Positions 18,910 to 28,726 of a stretch of DNA of 64,000 bases are shown here, piece by piece; positions within the stretch are counted from its first letter, which is position 1; the number at the start of each line of letters is the position of its first letter. A model generated the notes under the pieces. The model saw only the letters and a list, made by a program, of their open reading frames with translations. It was not told the origin of the DNA and ran no database searches. The stretch lies in contig JADIMC010000019.1 in assembly GCA_017694955.1 (NCBI GenBank), forward strand, positions 16,242 to 80,241, written 5' to 3'. The position numbers and the translations under genes were made by a program. This DNA is from Candidatus Limisoma faecipullorum. Lineage in GTDB: Bacteria > Bacteroidota > Bacteroidia > Bacteroidales > Muribaculaceae.

Positions 18910-21576
18910 TTATTCACTCCAGAACTTTTCTGCATCAGTGGTGAGGTTATACATAAAATCACCGAGATTTTTCACAATGCTGTCAAACAGACTGCGGCTC
19001 TCGAACCAGCTTTCCGGTGGAGTCCAACGCACATCATCGCGTTTCTGCGACACTTTCAACGCACATCCGTTGAACATCCACGAAGGTATAAGCCACTCCG
19101 TATCACGCATACTGAACAATGAGAAAGGCGAGCTTTTCTTCTTCACCTTCAACCTTTCGTCATCAGAAAGCAACCACCCATAAGTAGGAGAAAAGCGCTC
19201 CATCTTGCCCAGCGTGAATTCTCCGGTCTCTTCGTTCACATCAAGCATCTCTATGCGATATCGTCCGGAAGAGACGGTAGCTACCGCGCTGCCGTTGAAA
19301 CTCATCAAGAAATTAAGATACAGATGCATCATCGGGTCAGGCAACTCGAAATTAATGCCGCCTACCATAAACTGTCCGCCATCCGCTACCAAATATTTCC
19401 TACCTCCATCATTGATGAAACCGGAAACACGCATAGGGACAAAGAAGAACTTGGCCTGCACACTACCCTCACCGGCTGAGCTAAGCATCGGAGCGACATA
19501 ATACTCCTCCGGATTGATTATCATAGTCAGGAATCCACTTGTATTCTCCCCATATGGTGAAGATATATTCTTACCAGCGTCTATCTCCAGATATGCGGTA
19601 GCAGGAATCATCATCGACGCGTCAGAAGGGTCCATGACATTTACAGGAGCCGACAGAACCACAGTCTTGTCAATAGCCTCTATGCTGTCTTTCTTGATGA
19701 AATGCGCCGTAAACAGAAGGTCCTCTCCTGTGACAGTGAATTGCGCGCCATTGCCGTCCGGAGTAACAAGCGGCGAATTACAGTCGATTCCCGACAATTT
19801 CCAGTTTTCGTTGGCCGTAGCTGTAATATTCACAGCATCGCCCAACTTATATTGGCCGCCACCGCTGACAGTACCTCCTTCCGGAGGATCAGCCACAACC
19901 GACACATTATATACCGGCTCGTCCACATCACGCGGTCCTTTCGGCTTTGTAACATAATTCTTCAGAATTATAGGATAAGGAATAGGTACCGGAACAGGAT
20001 TGCTGACAACTAATGTGTCAGGCGGAACAGGATCACCCGGTTCTGGTCCCGGTCCCGGCACAGGCGTCAGCACTGGAAAATACACCAACTCGTATCCGGG
20101 GTCCGGAATTGTCTCAGCCTCGGCATTAAACACTATCGTGAACTGCGCGGAAGCGTCGATGAAACCTTCAAACCACTTTGTATTCATTCCACGCTCATCA
20201 GACATTCCAATCCGGGCTTTGGCAATATAATCTTCAGTGAATGTCCCTATTGACCCGCCTCCCGGACGATTCTCCCTCGAATTCCATGTGCGTATCAGAA
20301 TCTGACCGTCAGGAGTGATGACAAACTGCCCGTTACCGTTAACAGACGCCACACCGGCACCACCGAACACAATACCGTCAGGAGTTATATCATTACGATC
20401 TATGCCGAATTTCTCCACAGTACCAACTTCCTTGAAAGAAGTGTCTATCACCGTCACATACTTATCCGCCGAATATTTCTCTTTATATACAAATGCATAG
20501 CCGTCGGTAAATGGAGTTGCGCTCGCATATTCCGCCGCCAGATTGCCGTTCCTGTCATAAAACTTGTCAACGCCCATTTTGCTGTCACGCCAGCAGAAAT
20601 ATCCGTCACGGTAATCGCTCACCTTGCCATAGCCGGTGAATATGCCGTCAAGCACAATCTTTCCCGTCTTGTCGATGACAGTCCAGTCATAACCTTTCTT
20701 TGTCTTAACAAGAGCAAGTCCGTCGCTGAATATCCGCGCTTCTTCAAACTGTGGTGCGATGACAATCTTACCTTTCCCGTCGATATATCCCCATTTTCCT
20801 ACTCCCATATCGTAGTGGGCGCGCAATCCGTCAGACAAAGGAGCGACGTTCCCGGCACCGGACGCCATACTGGAAGTATAGCCGCCCTGCTTCTTGACAA
20901 GGTGCGGATATACCTCCTCTCCTGCCGTGTTGATATACACCCACACTGAGCCGGTCTTGAAATCGCCGGTGTCCTTCAGCACCAACGCCAAACCGTCAAC
21001 AAAGTTGGAGCCCTGCGTATATTTCAACGACAACTCCTTCACCCGTCCGTCTTTGTAGATAATGGTCAACGGATATTTCTTGTCCCAGCTATTGCTTCCC
21101 ACTTGCTTCTCGCCTTTCACGAGGCAGGCTCCGCGGTCGAAGCGCGGATCTTGGTAGCGTCCAAGCCCTGACCATATATAGTCGAAAAGCATATCGCCGT
21201 TTTTCAGGAAAAAAGCATATTTGCCGTTGCCTTCATTATAAACGGAGAACACTCCGTCGTGAACATCCGAAACTTGCGCATAATCCGGCAAGCGGAGATA
21301 ACGGGTGTCGGGCGTAATACGTGGTATGCTGAACGAAGTGCCATTCCACACAACATCCTGTATCTTCGCCGGTTTGCCATCATTTGCCTGTCGATCCAGC
21401 TGCTTGTTTTCAGTTTCTTTCTTATCCTGTTGATTAGGATCCAGCAGTTTCTGAACTTTTTCGACTTCTTTGGTGACTTTATCCAAACCTTTGCTCAACT
21501 TCTTCAGAAACTGTGCATCGGCATCAAACGAGAAACTGACAGCAAGAGTCAATATTAGAAACCATAATTTTCTCAT
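18910..21576 (-). CDS. Secreted WG-repeat protein with Pro-rich linker, InlB-B-repeat-like domain and unknown C-terminal domain
   Basis: Signal MRKLWFLILTLAVSFSFDADAQ (ATG 21576). Repeated motifs such as GKWGYIDGKGKIVIAPQFEEARIFSDGLALV are the WG/KWG repeat. Also GGTVSGGGQYKLGDAVNITATANENWKL. Confidence 0.8.
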   Translation of the reverse strand: MRKLWFLILTLAVSFSFDADAQFLKKLSKGLDKVTKEVEKVQKLLDPNQQDKKETENKQLDRQANDGKPAKIQDVVWNGTSFSIPRITPDTRYLRLPDYAQVSDVHDGVFSVYNEGNGKYAFFLKNGDMLFDYIWSGLGRYQDPRFDRGACLVKGEKQVGSNSWDKKYPLTIIYKDGRVKELSLKYTQGSNFVDGLALVLKDTGDFKTGSVWVYINTAGEEVYPHLVKKQGGYTSSMASGAGNVAPLSDGLRAHYDMGVGKWGYIDGKGKIVIAPQFEEARIFSDGLALVKTKKGYDWTVIDKTGKIVLDGIFTGYGKVSDYRDGYFCWRDSKMGVDKFYDRNGNLAAEYASATPFTDGYAFVYKEKYSADKYVTVIDTSFKEVGTVEKFGIDRNDITPDGIVFGGAGVASVNGNGQFVITPDGQILIRTWNSRENRPGGGSIGTFTEDYIAKARIGMSDERGMNTKWFEGFIDASAQFTIVFNAEAETIPDPGYELVYFPVLTPVPGPGPEPGDPVPPDTLVVSNPVPVPIPYPIILKNYVTKPKGPRDVDEPVYNVSVVADPPEGGTVSGGGQYKLGDAVNITATANENWKLSGIDCNSPLVTPDGNGAQFTVTGEDLLFTAHFIKKDSIEAIDKTVVLSAPVNVMDPSDASMMIPATAYLEIDAGKNISSPYGENTSGFLTMIINPEEYYVAPMLSSAGEGSVQAKFFFVPMRVSGFINDGGRKYLVADGGQFMVGGINFELPDPMMHLYLNFLMSFNGSAVATVSSGRYRIEMLDVNEETGEFTLGKMERFSPTYGWLLSDDERLKVKKKSSPFSLFSMRDTEWLIPSWMFNGCALKVSQKRDDVRWTPPESWFESRSLFDSIVKNLGDFMYNLTTDAEKFWSE

Positions 21577-21651
21577 ATCCTTGTTTCGACTTTTAATAAA
21601 AAAGAGGATATGCCGGTAACGGCACACCCTCAACTACATAATATCAAGACA

Positions 21652-22062
21652 TCATTTGTCTATGCTCAATTTCCATTCGCCATCGACATTCACCAAATCC
21701 ACAGTTTCATCGTCAACAGAGCCATCACCATATGTGATTTTCATCTCAACCTTTGCAGTCTTGCCGTCTTCTGCAACAGTTTCAGAAACTACTTCTGTAG
21801 AAGTTATGCCCCCCTTCTTTTCTACCTGAGCCTTTGCCTTCTCCTCAAACAAGGAAAGGAACATCTGTTTCGACTGCTCTTTCTCCTCTGCCGACATTTC
21901 ATCCGGGAATGCAATCTGGTCAACTATCCCCTTGTAGTCACCAGCCTTCATCATATTACCCCAATTTTCTGCGGCTGCCTTAGGTGTAGAGGTGTCACTT
22001 CCACATGCCGCAAATAACAATACAGAAAACACAAACGTCAAAAAATAAATCGACTTTCTCAT
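21652..22062 (-). CDS. DUF4878-like lipoprotein
   Basis: Lipobox LLFAAC, 136 aa, ends DGEWKLSIDK. This is typical of small NTF2-like DUF4878 proteins. Confidence 0.65.
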   Translation of the reverse strand: MRKSIYFLTFVFSVLLFAACGSDTSTPKAAAENWGNMMKAGDYKGIVDQIAFPDEMSAEEKEQSKQMFLSLFEEKAKAQVEKKGGITSTEVVSETVAEDGKTAKVEMKITYGDGSVDDETVDLVNVDGEWKLSIDK

Positions 22063-22105
22063 AATTGATAGGTTTTAAGTTATTAATATATGTTTGTAAA
22101 AATCA

Positions 22106-22729
22106 CTAAAAACAAAACACGGTCTCCAACTTAGAGCTTTTATAAATATCCGAAGGAAGCAGATAATCGCCCACCATTCCCGGGATATTGATATGCGTTG
22201 TTCTGCCTTCTGTCAAATTTACCCCGGCAAAACGGAGCACAAAATCAATCAGCTCCGTACAATACAGCTTAGAAGTATCGGAAAGATTGTAATTATGGTC
22301 AAACAGCACTTTCCTTTCCGCCAATTCCATCGCCTTTCCAGCAACGGCTGACAATGTGTCACCGCCTATCCGCGGACGCATTATGGCTCCCGACGAAGCT
22401 CTTTCCTCGCTGAAAAAAGAGTCAATGGTCTCAAGTTTCACCCTGTCGGTATCACCGTCAAAATCCGGCTCTCCCGGCACTGAATGCACAACCATACACT
22501 TCCCGTCCTTGACGACTATCACTCCTATATGCGAATATTTGCCGTCACGGTCGGCGCAAAGCACCATCCGGCTCACCACACTGCCTCCTTTTCGAAAGAC
22601 AACATCACCTTCACAGAGCTCCGGGAAATGCAATTCTCGCTTTTCCGCAAATTTGCCGGAACATCCATTCAGCAGGACCGACACAATCGCAATAGCTATA
22701 CAATATGATATGGTTCTCCTCAATGACAA
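22106..22729 (-). CDS. YiiX-family permuted papain-like (NlpC/P60-like) lipoprotein
   Basis: GDVVFRKG, YSHIGVIV and LYCTELIDFV motifs, lipobox LLNGC. There is no in-frame ATG near the N-terminus, so the start appears to be TTG at 22729. Confidence 0.7.
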   Translation of the reverse strand: MSLRRTISYCIAIAIVSVLLNGCSGKFAEKRELHFPELCEGDVVFRKGGSVVSRMVLCADRDGKYSHIGVIVVKDGKCMVVHSVPGEPDFDGDTDRVKLETIDSFFSEERASSGAIMRPRIGGDTLSAVAGKAMELAERKVLFDHNYNLSDTSKLYCTELIDFVLRFAGVNLTEGRTTHINIPGMVGDYLLPSDIYKSSKLETVFCF

Positions 22730-22762
22730 TGCTTTATGATTTTAAAGTCATTAACCTATTTG

Positions 22763-22770
22763 CAAATATA
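22763..22770 (-). promoter_or_regulatory. -7 promoter box TATATTTG
   Basis: 33 nt upstream of the TTG start at 22729. Confidence 0.5.
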
Positions 22771-22832
22771 GTTTAAATGGGGCCATTCAACCGTTCACTA
22801 CAACCGAAATAAACGTTCATTAAAACAAAAAG

Positions 22833-22859
22833 TGACACAGCAAAGCGTTCACTGCGTCA
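22833..22859. terminator. Hairpin terminator after the AraC-family gene
   Basis: tgacacag pairs with ctgcgtca (one G-T pair), flanked by A-run/T-run on both sides. Confidence 0.5.
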
Positions 22860-22891
22860 TTTTTTGCTCAAAACGTCAATTATTCCGGCAT

Positions 22892-23959
22892 CTATTCAGA
22901 AGGTGAAAGAAAGCCTTGCAACGCCATCGTCCGATATTTTTTCGGCGTCATACCATATTTCTTTTGGAACGCACGACGAAATGTGCTGATAGAATTAAAT
23001 CCAACCTGCTGCGCTATATCCTCTTGCGACAAATTACATTCAGGAGAACGAAGCAATTCTTCGGCATACTTAAGGCGATAACCGTTGATAAAGTCATAAA
23101 AATTCACATTCAGTTTATTATTAAGATATAATGAGAAATAATTACGGTTAGTACCTATCATCTTTACCACTTCAGCCATTGTCAGCTGAGGATTACGGGC
23201 AATCTGACGTTCACCGAACAACAATTCCACCTCCTTGCTGAAATCCATCGGGACTTCACGGCTGCCACTCACAGACGCCATTTCCTCTACGACAGCCACA
23301 GCTTCTTCCGAAATCTGCCTCTGTCTTTTCGTGCGATAGCTTATCAAGCCCCACACTGCCAATATCAACATATAATAGAATGTATCCAGCAATGCAGAAT
23401 AATCGTTGAACATCATCAAAGCTCCCCAAACTGCAAAAACAATCAGAAACAGCACTATAACCTTACTCAACCATCCGACATCCACTGTTTCCACATCGGA
23501 ATAATAACTTTCCGCAGCACGCATATACTCACCCATCCACTTTATCATCATCGCCAATATCACAATGCTATAAACCACACACGCCGCAAATATCGCATAA
23601 TAAATCCATTCCCATCCAGTGGCGGCATAAACACACAATCCGGCAAAATAAGGGACAACGTGCATCAAAGCGCCCCGCATCGTAAAATATTTCGGCTTCA
23701 GCAAATCCATCGCATAGAAAGAACAGGTAAACACCACCGACATATCCAGAAGCAACATTGAGCGGTACACACGTTCGGAATCAATGAAGGAATCCACACT
23801 GTAAAACATATCCTTCAACAATAATGCGAACCAAATGAAAAATATCACTGCCGTAGTCTTATAAAGACGCTTTTTTTCTCTCCTTTTATAAAAATAAAGG
23901 CCCTCCGCCAAAAAAAACATACAGCAGAAACCGTTGCAAAAAGCACTCAGATATTGCAT
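22892..23959 (-). CDS. Membrane-anchored AraC-family transcriptional regulator
   Basis: About 6 N-terminal TM helices, then a C-terminal AraC HTH (...QEDIAQQVGFNSISTFRRAFQKKYGMTPKKYR). Confidence 0.85.
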   Translation of the reverse strand: MQYLSAFCNGFCCMFFLAEGLYFYKRREKKRLYKTTAVIFFIWFALLLKDMFYSVDSFIDSERVYRSMLLLDMSVVFTCSFYAMDLLKPKYFTMRGALMHVVPYFAGLCVYAATGWEWIYYAIFAACVVYSIVILAMMIKWMGEYMRAAESYYSDVETVDVGWLSKVIVLFLIVFAVWGALMMFNDYSALLDTFYYMLILAVWGLISYRTKRQRQISEEAVAVVEEMASVSGSREVPMDFSKEVELLFGERQIARNPQLTMAEVVKMIGTNRNYFSLYLNNKLNVNFYDFINGYRLKYAEELLRSPECNLSQEDIAQQVGFNSISTFRRAFQKKYGMTPKKYRTMALQGFLSPSE

Positions 23960-24005
23960 ATCACTACAAAATAATGAATTTATTAAGGTAAGATTCCAAA
24001 CAGCA

Positions 24006-24035
24006 CGCCCTTAGGAGCCTGTTCCCCTAAGGGCG
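24006..24035 (-). terminator. Hairpin terminator of trpS
   Basis: cgcccttagg pairs with cctaagggcg (10-bp stem), 8 nt after the stop codon. Confidence 0.65.
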
Positions 24036-24042
24036 GACACTG

Positions 24043-25125
24043 TTACTTATACTTCGCGGCCTGTTCTGCTATCAATGCAGAATCCTCGAAATAGTTTATC
24101 TTCATAGCCCGGCGGACATCGTCAAGCGTAGCGGCTGCCACTTCACGCGCGGCCTCGCTACCACGCTTAAGGATATCGAACACTGCCGGAATATCTTTCT
24201 CGAATTCATGGCGGCGCTCGCGTATCGGAGCAAGAGTCTCCTCAAGCACAGAAATAAGCGTCTTTTTCACTGTCCCGTCACCTAAACCGCCACGGGTATA
24301 ATGGTCTTTCATTTCCTGCAAGCTCTGATAGTCAGGGCAATACTTCGAGAAATTCTTGTCATTGCAAAAAGCGTCCAGATAAATAAACGGGCAGTTACCT
24401 TCAAGATGTCCCGGATCAGAAATATTAAGATGCAACGGGTCTGTGTACATACTCTTCACTTTCTTGGCCACTTCTTTCGAAGTGTCGGAAAGATAAATGC
24501 AATTACCTAACGACTTGCTCATCTTAGCTTTACCGTCAGTCCCCGGCAAACGCATACAAACTGCATTCTCCGGCAACAGTATCTCCGGCTCTACGAGCGT
24601 AGGCCCGTAAACGTGGTTGAAGCGGTTCACAATTTCGCGCGTAAGCTCAATCATCGGCTCCTGATCCTCTCCGGCCGGCACTGTAGTGGCCCGGAAAGCC
24701 GTAATGTCAGAAGCCTGGCTTACAGGATAACAGAAGAAGCCTACCGGTATGCTCGCCTCGAAATTACGCATCTTGATTTCCGTCTTGACCGTAGGGTTGC
24801 GCTGCACCCGCGACACAGTGACCAGATTCATATAATAAAAAGCAAGCTCTGTCAGCTCCGGCACCTGCGACTGTATGAATATCGTAGTCTTTTCCGGGTC
24901 GATTCCGGCTGAAAGGTAATCGAGGGCCACCTCGATTATATTCTGGCGGATTTTTTCCGGATTGTCGGCATTGTCGGTCAACGCCTGCGCGTCGGCTATC
25001 ATCACATATATCTTGTCGTATTCGCCGGAGTTCTGCAATTCCACACGGCGGCGGAGCGAGCCGACATAGTGTCCCAGATGCAATTTTCCGGTCGGGCGGT
25101 CGCCTGTCAATATTATCTTACCCAT
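24043..25125 (-). CDS. trpS: Tryptophan--tRNA ligase
   Basis: Class I motifs [10 protein letters not shown] (HIGH) and KMSKS. ATG 25125 ([13 protein letters not shown]). Confidence 0.95.
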   Translation of the reverse strand: MGKIILTGDRPTGKLHLGHYVGSLRRRVELQNSGEYDKIYVMIADAQALTDNADNPEKIRQNIIEVALDYLSAGIDPEKTTIFIQSQVPELTELAFYYMNLVTVSRVQRNPTVKTEIKMRNFEASIPVGFFCYPVSQASDITAFRATTVPAGEDQEPMIELTREIVNRFNHVYGPTLVEPEILLPENAVCMRLPGTDGKAKMSKSLGNCIYLSDTSKEVAKKVKSMYTDPLHLNISDPGHLEGNCPFIYLDAFCNDKNFSKYCPDYQSLQEMKDHYTRGGLGDGTVKKTLISVLEETLAPIRERRHEFEKDIPAVFDILKRGSEAAREVAAATLDDVRRAMKINYFEDSALIAEQAAKYK

Positions 25126-25151
25126 AACTTTTTCATAATTTAAATTAAACA

Positions 25152-25159
25152 CAAAGGTA
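25152..25159 (-). promoter_or_regulatory. -7 promoter box TACCTTTG
   Basis: 26 nt upstream of ATG 25125. Confidence 0.5.
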
Positions 25160-25464
25160 ACTAAAGTTAATCGCAATGCAAAGGGTTTGCCCAATTTGCC
25201 TCGTCAAAATGCATCCAGCATAGCAAACACAATAATCATTTCCGCCATAATCAAACAGGTCAAAAAAAATAACAGCAGCCTGTCCTCCCGGATATGCCGC
25301 TGTCCCCTATGTGTCTGTAATGTGTTATGAGTAGTAGTTATGTCTCGATTATTATGATTTTTCAAATTCGATTGTAAAACACATAAGCATCACTTTTTGT
25401 TCGCAAAGAAAAATATTTTATTATATTTAAATACGATGGGCATAAAACACGCCCAGCATCCATC

Positions 25465-25472
25465 TATTTTTG
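25465..25472 (+). promoter_or_regulatory. -7 promoter box TATTTTTG
   Basis: 13 nt upstream of ATG 25486. Confidence 0.4.
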
Positions 25473-25485
25473 TATCAGAAAGGAG

Positions 25486-25776
25486 ATGAGACATATGAGA
25501 ATAGAAAATGGAAAAATTGAAAAAGGAGACGAAGTATATGCGACACTGTCAGTTGCCGGCAATACAATGGTGGAACTTCAAAAAGTAGAAGCTGCAAGCA
25601 TTGATGAAATAATGCAGAAACTACGAAAGACCGCATCCCTCTACACAGGACTGGCAAAAGTGTATATCCGCAACCGCACCCGCGGATGGTCGGTGCAAAA
25701 AGCGATGTTTGCCAGCACACAACTCCCTCCCCGATACAGCTGCGACAGTACCGGGCAATACGCTTTGCAATTCTAA
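25486..25776 (+). CDS. Hypothetical small protein (96 aa)
   Basis: The ORF has its own -7 box and a protein-like composition. No motif was recognised. The competing antisense ORF 25475-25837 looks less protein-like. Confidence 0.45.
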   Translation: MRHMRIENGKIEKGDEVYATLSVAGNTMVELQKVEAASIDEIMQKLRKTASLYTGLAKVYIRNRTRGWSVQKAMFASTQLPPRYSCDSTGQYALQF

Positions 25777-26045
25777 GGATTGTACAAATCCTTATTATAA
25801 AAATCAAGAATACGGCTGGCTGCCCTGTATGCGGCAACGGCAGGACTGTCGGGATTCAGCTCCGCAGCCTTGCAATAGTCGCTCATGGCATGCTTCCAGT
25901 CATTATGCTTTCTATAAGCGTTACCACGTAAAAAATAGAGTTCATCACAGTCGGGACAAGCGTCAATCAACCCGTCGAGCAAAACGATTGCTTCAGATGT
26001 GTCATTTGCATCAATAAGGGCTTTTATCTTATCTATGTCAGTCAT
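25773..26045 (-). CDS. Small tetratricopeptide-repeat protein
   Basis: ELYFLRGNAYRKHNDWKHAMSDYCKAAELNPDSP is a canonical TPR. ATG 26045. Confidence 0.65.
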   Translation of the reverse strand: MTDIDKIKALIDANDTSEAIVLLDGLIDACPDCDELYFLRGNAYRKHNDWKHAMSDYCKAAELNPDSPAVAAYRAASRILDFYNKDLYNP

Positions 26046-26063
26046 ATTCTTTAAAATATGCTG

Positions 26064-26071
26064 CAAATTTA
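26064..26071 (-). promoter_or_regulatory. -7 promoter box TAAATTTG
   Basis: 18 nt upstream of ATG 26045. Confidence 0.5.
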
Positions 26072-26145
26072 AGAGTTTCCATATTTTTATACCGCAAATA
26101 CAGGAAAAATCAGTAATTTCACGACCGATAAAAACATATCTGACA

Positions 26146-27375
26146 ATGAAACGACTGATACTTCTTGCCGCCATCAGCCTTATCGCGGCAATTTCATACG
26201 GATTCACCTACGACAACGGAAGGGCAAGCTTGTCGCCATATCCGGAATGCACAAGCATCACAGAATACCCAGACTCTCTCACTCCAATATTCATCAATCA
26301 CGTGGGCAGACACGGCTCACGTTATCCGGCAGGCTCATTCCACACTATGATGCTCAAAAAAGCCTTGGACGAAGCTGATTCCTTGAATACAATCACCCCG
26401 CTCGGCAAACAGCTGAAAGAAGAGACCGAGCGCGTGATTACCGCCACAGCAGGACGCTGGGGAGAGCTTGACACAATCGGAGAGAAAGAACACCGCGAAA
26501 TTGCCGGGCGTATGTACAAAAAATATCCGCAACTGCTCGACAGCGCAAACATATCCGCAATTTCCTCGGATTCGCCACGCAGCATAATGAGTATGTATTT
26601 CTTCACCCAGCAGCTTGCAAAATCTGCTAAAGAAATAAATATCACGACTGAATCGGGCAGCAAGTTCACACCTCTGATGCGTAACTATGAATTGGACGAA
26701 ACATATCAGACATACCGCAACGACACCGCATACACAGCCGCATACAACCGCTTTGCCGCGGCAAACATCCCGATTGAGCCGATTTTGCGAGTGCTGGGCG
26801 AAGAATATCCGCTCGACTATTCTACCGTATATGACCTCGCGCTGGCAGAATATTATGTATCAGCCGGAATGAACGCAATGGGACTGGAACACGATGCATC
26901 AAAATACTTCACCATCGACGAATACCACAAACTGTGGTCTGTTTTCAATTTCCGCCAATACCTGCTCTATTCTGCATCTTTGGCATCAACTCGCCCGGCG
27001 GAGATTGCCGCGCCGCTGCTGCAGAACATCGTTGCAACCGCCGACAGCGTTGTCACCGGCAAACTCCACATAGCCGCCAAACTGCGCTTCGGACACGCCG
27101 AGACGCTGATGCCACTGATGGCATTGATTCAAGCACCCGGATGCTACTACCTGACACACTACTACGACACTCTCGCCAACAACTGGAAAGACTTTGAAAT
27201 GTTTCCTATGGCGGCAAACCTGCAATTAGTATATTTCAAAGCGCCATCCGGGAAAATATATGTCAGGGCAGAATATAACGAAAAGCCCATACAACTGCTG
27301 CCTGGTGCCAAATCACCATACATTGACTGGAACGACCTCCGTCTGCGCTTTCTCGAATTGCTGCCACTGGAATAA
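26146..27375 (+). CDS. Histidine acid phosphatase, MINPP-like (multiple inositol polyphosphate phosphatase)
   Basis: RHGSRYP catalytic motif and an HAE proton-donor motif (FGHAETL). Signal peptide MKRLILLAAISLIAAISYG (ATG 26146). Confidence 0.8.
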   Translation: MKRLILLAAISLIAAISYGFTYDNGRASLSPYPECTSITEYPDSLTPIFINHVGRHGSRYPAGSFHTMMLKKALDEADSLNTITPLGKQLKEETERVITATAGRWGELDTIGEKEHREIAGRMYKKYPQLLDSANISAISSDSPRSIMSMYFFTQQLAKSAKEINITTESGSKFTPLMRNYELDETYQTYRNDTAYTAAYNRFAAANIPIEPILRVLGEEYPLDYSTVYDLALAEYYVSAGMNAMGLEHDASKYFTIDEYHKLWSVFNFRQYLLYSASLASTRPAEIAAPLLQNIVATADSVVTGKLHIAAKLRFGHAETLMPLMALIQAPGCYYLTHYYDTLANNWKDFEMFPMAANLQLVYFKAPSGKIYVRAEYNEKPIQLLPGAKSPYIDWNDLRLRFLELLPLE

Positions 27376-27378
27376 ATG

Positions 27379-28050
27379 TCAACGGAAAAAAATCACGGCA
27401 CATTTCTCTCTTTCCAACAAACTGTTGAAGTCCTCAAGCACACCATCTGTTGATTCTTGAGTCGCAAAACGGCATACCGGATATTTCTTCATAACGGATA
27501 TCGCCTTCCCATCAAGGCTTTTGTCTATTTTCTCATTACAACCGCTATGAAGGAACTGCCAAAGATATTCCGTATGCTTATCCCAAGCCGTATTGCCCAA
27601 CCAGACATTTTTTTTAGAACCTTTGCTGCGGAAATGAGCATACAAAATCAACCAAGTGCCAGAACTCTCAGGAGAAGCAAAAGTGTCAACATCCGTCAAA
27701 TGCTTACCCGGAACATCCGATATGGCAAAGCCGTCATCAGAAACCTGAAATACCGACATTTCGGCAATGCCACGCCTATATCCAAAATCAAAATCTCCCA
27801 TATAATATTCAAACAAGTATCCATAAAGGAAATCCCAACCCCACATTTCTGGGAATACTTTCAACCGGGCATAGTCATATATCCAATTGCCTGCCTGTAT
27901 GACATTCGACCCTAATTTCCTACCAACCAACATTGTAAAAGGACTTTTCTCCTTTATATAACCGACCATGCCAACTATTCTTTTTTGATATTCGCTAAGC
28001 AGTCTGAATGCCCTGCGTACATCCACAAAAGATTTCTCCAAATCAGTCAT
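27379..28050 (-). CDS. Hypothetical protein, partner of the PD-(D/E)xK protein
   Basis: 223 aa with no recognisable motif. Its ATG overlaps the upstream stop (ATGA at 28047-28050). Low GC. Confidence 0.7.
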   Translation of the reverse strand: MTDLEKSFVDVRRAFRLLSEYQKRIVGMVGYIKEKSPFTMLVGRKLGSNVIQAGNWIYDYARLKVFPEMWGWDFLYGYLFEYYMGDFDFGYRRGIAEMSVFQVSDDGFAISDVPGKHLTDVDTFASPESSGTWLILYAHFRSKGSKKNVWLGNTAWDKHTEYLWQFLHSGCNEKIDKSLDGKAISVMKKYPVCRFATQESTDGVLEDFNSLLEREKCAVIFFR

Positions 28051-28706
28051 TTTCCGAAAATTGATTTAATTACATTTATCGAATCTCTACATATTTCTTC
28101 CTTAACCACAAAAGAATCAAACCATTCAAGATAAAACATTCCATTCAACTTGAATGACAACATCACATTTCCAAGTATTCGCCGGCAAGACGATGTGTGG
28201 CAATCGGCATCATCAATTCTGTCCAGCCTATCCAAACAACCGCTTACTGACGCAAGCAAAGACAACCAACTGCACCTGTATACAGGAACAGACCTTACTA
28301 TAGATGGCTTTTTATTGCCATTTCCTCCCAAGGCAATAAAATATACATCCTTAACGCTGCCATATTCATTAAAATACGAACATATCTCATTTTCCCACTG
28401 TTCATAATATTGCCCATTACCATCAAATTGTTTAACCTCAACAATCACATCAAAATTTGAAAAGCGCAAAAACAAATCCGGCTCTACATATTTCAAATTT
28501 GTCGTATTATCAGCATTCCACCGGGGCCAGAACTCAAATGAATCAAGAACACCCGCAACATCTGGCAACTTTTCAGTCCCTCCACAACAAGATTTGACCA
28601 ACAATTCCCACAACAAATCATCAGGCAGCAACAACAAACTTCCAAGTATCGAAGACGTTTTCAAATCCTCAGATTGTGACTTGTTTTTATAACGAGCTTG
28701 CAGCAT
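28047..28706 (-). CDS. Putative PD-(D/E)xK-fold nuclease
   Basis: YVEPDLFLRFSNFDVIVEVKQF gives a D...E-x-K arrangement on predicted consecutive beta-strands. An acidic N-terminal helix (SEDLKTSSILGSLL) is present. ATG 28706 lies 20 nt downstream of a -7 box. Confidence 0.6.
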   Translation of the reverse strand: MLQARYKNKSQSEDLKTSSILGSLLLLPDDLLWELLVKSCCGGTEKLPDVAGVLDSFEFWPRWNADNTTNLKYVEPDLFLRFSNFDVIVEVKQFDGNGQYYEQWENEICSYFNEYGSVKDVYFIALGGNGNKKPSIVRSVPVYRCSWLSLLASVSGCLDRLDRIDDADCHTSSCRRILGNVMLSFKLNGMFYLEWFDSFVVKEEICRDSINVIKSIFGK

Positions 28707-28726
28707 AATCCAATAATTTATCGATA

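Noticed and set aside
25204-25248. 14-codon minus-strand uORF (MAEMIIVFAMLDAF*) upstream of trpS, considered as a possible attenuation leader.
   Set aside because: It contains no Trp codons. It also lies upstream of the predicted trpS -7 box (25152-25159), so it is probably not on the trpS transcript.
25475-25837. 120-aa minus-strand ORF overlapping the 96-aa plus-strand ORF.
   Set aside because: It is Cys/Arg/Phe-rich with an unprotein-like composition and has no -7 box upstream. The plus-strand ORF has a promoter box and a more plausible sequence.
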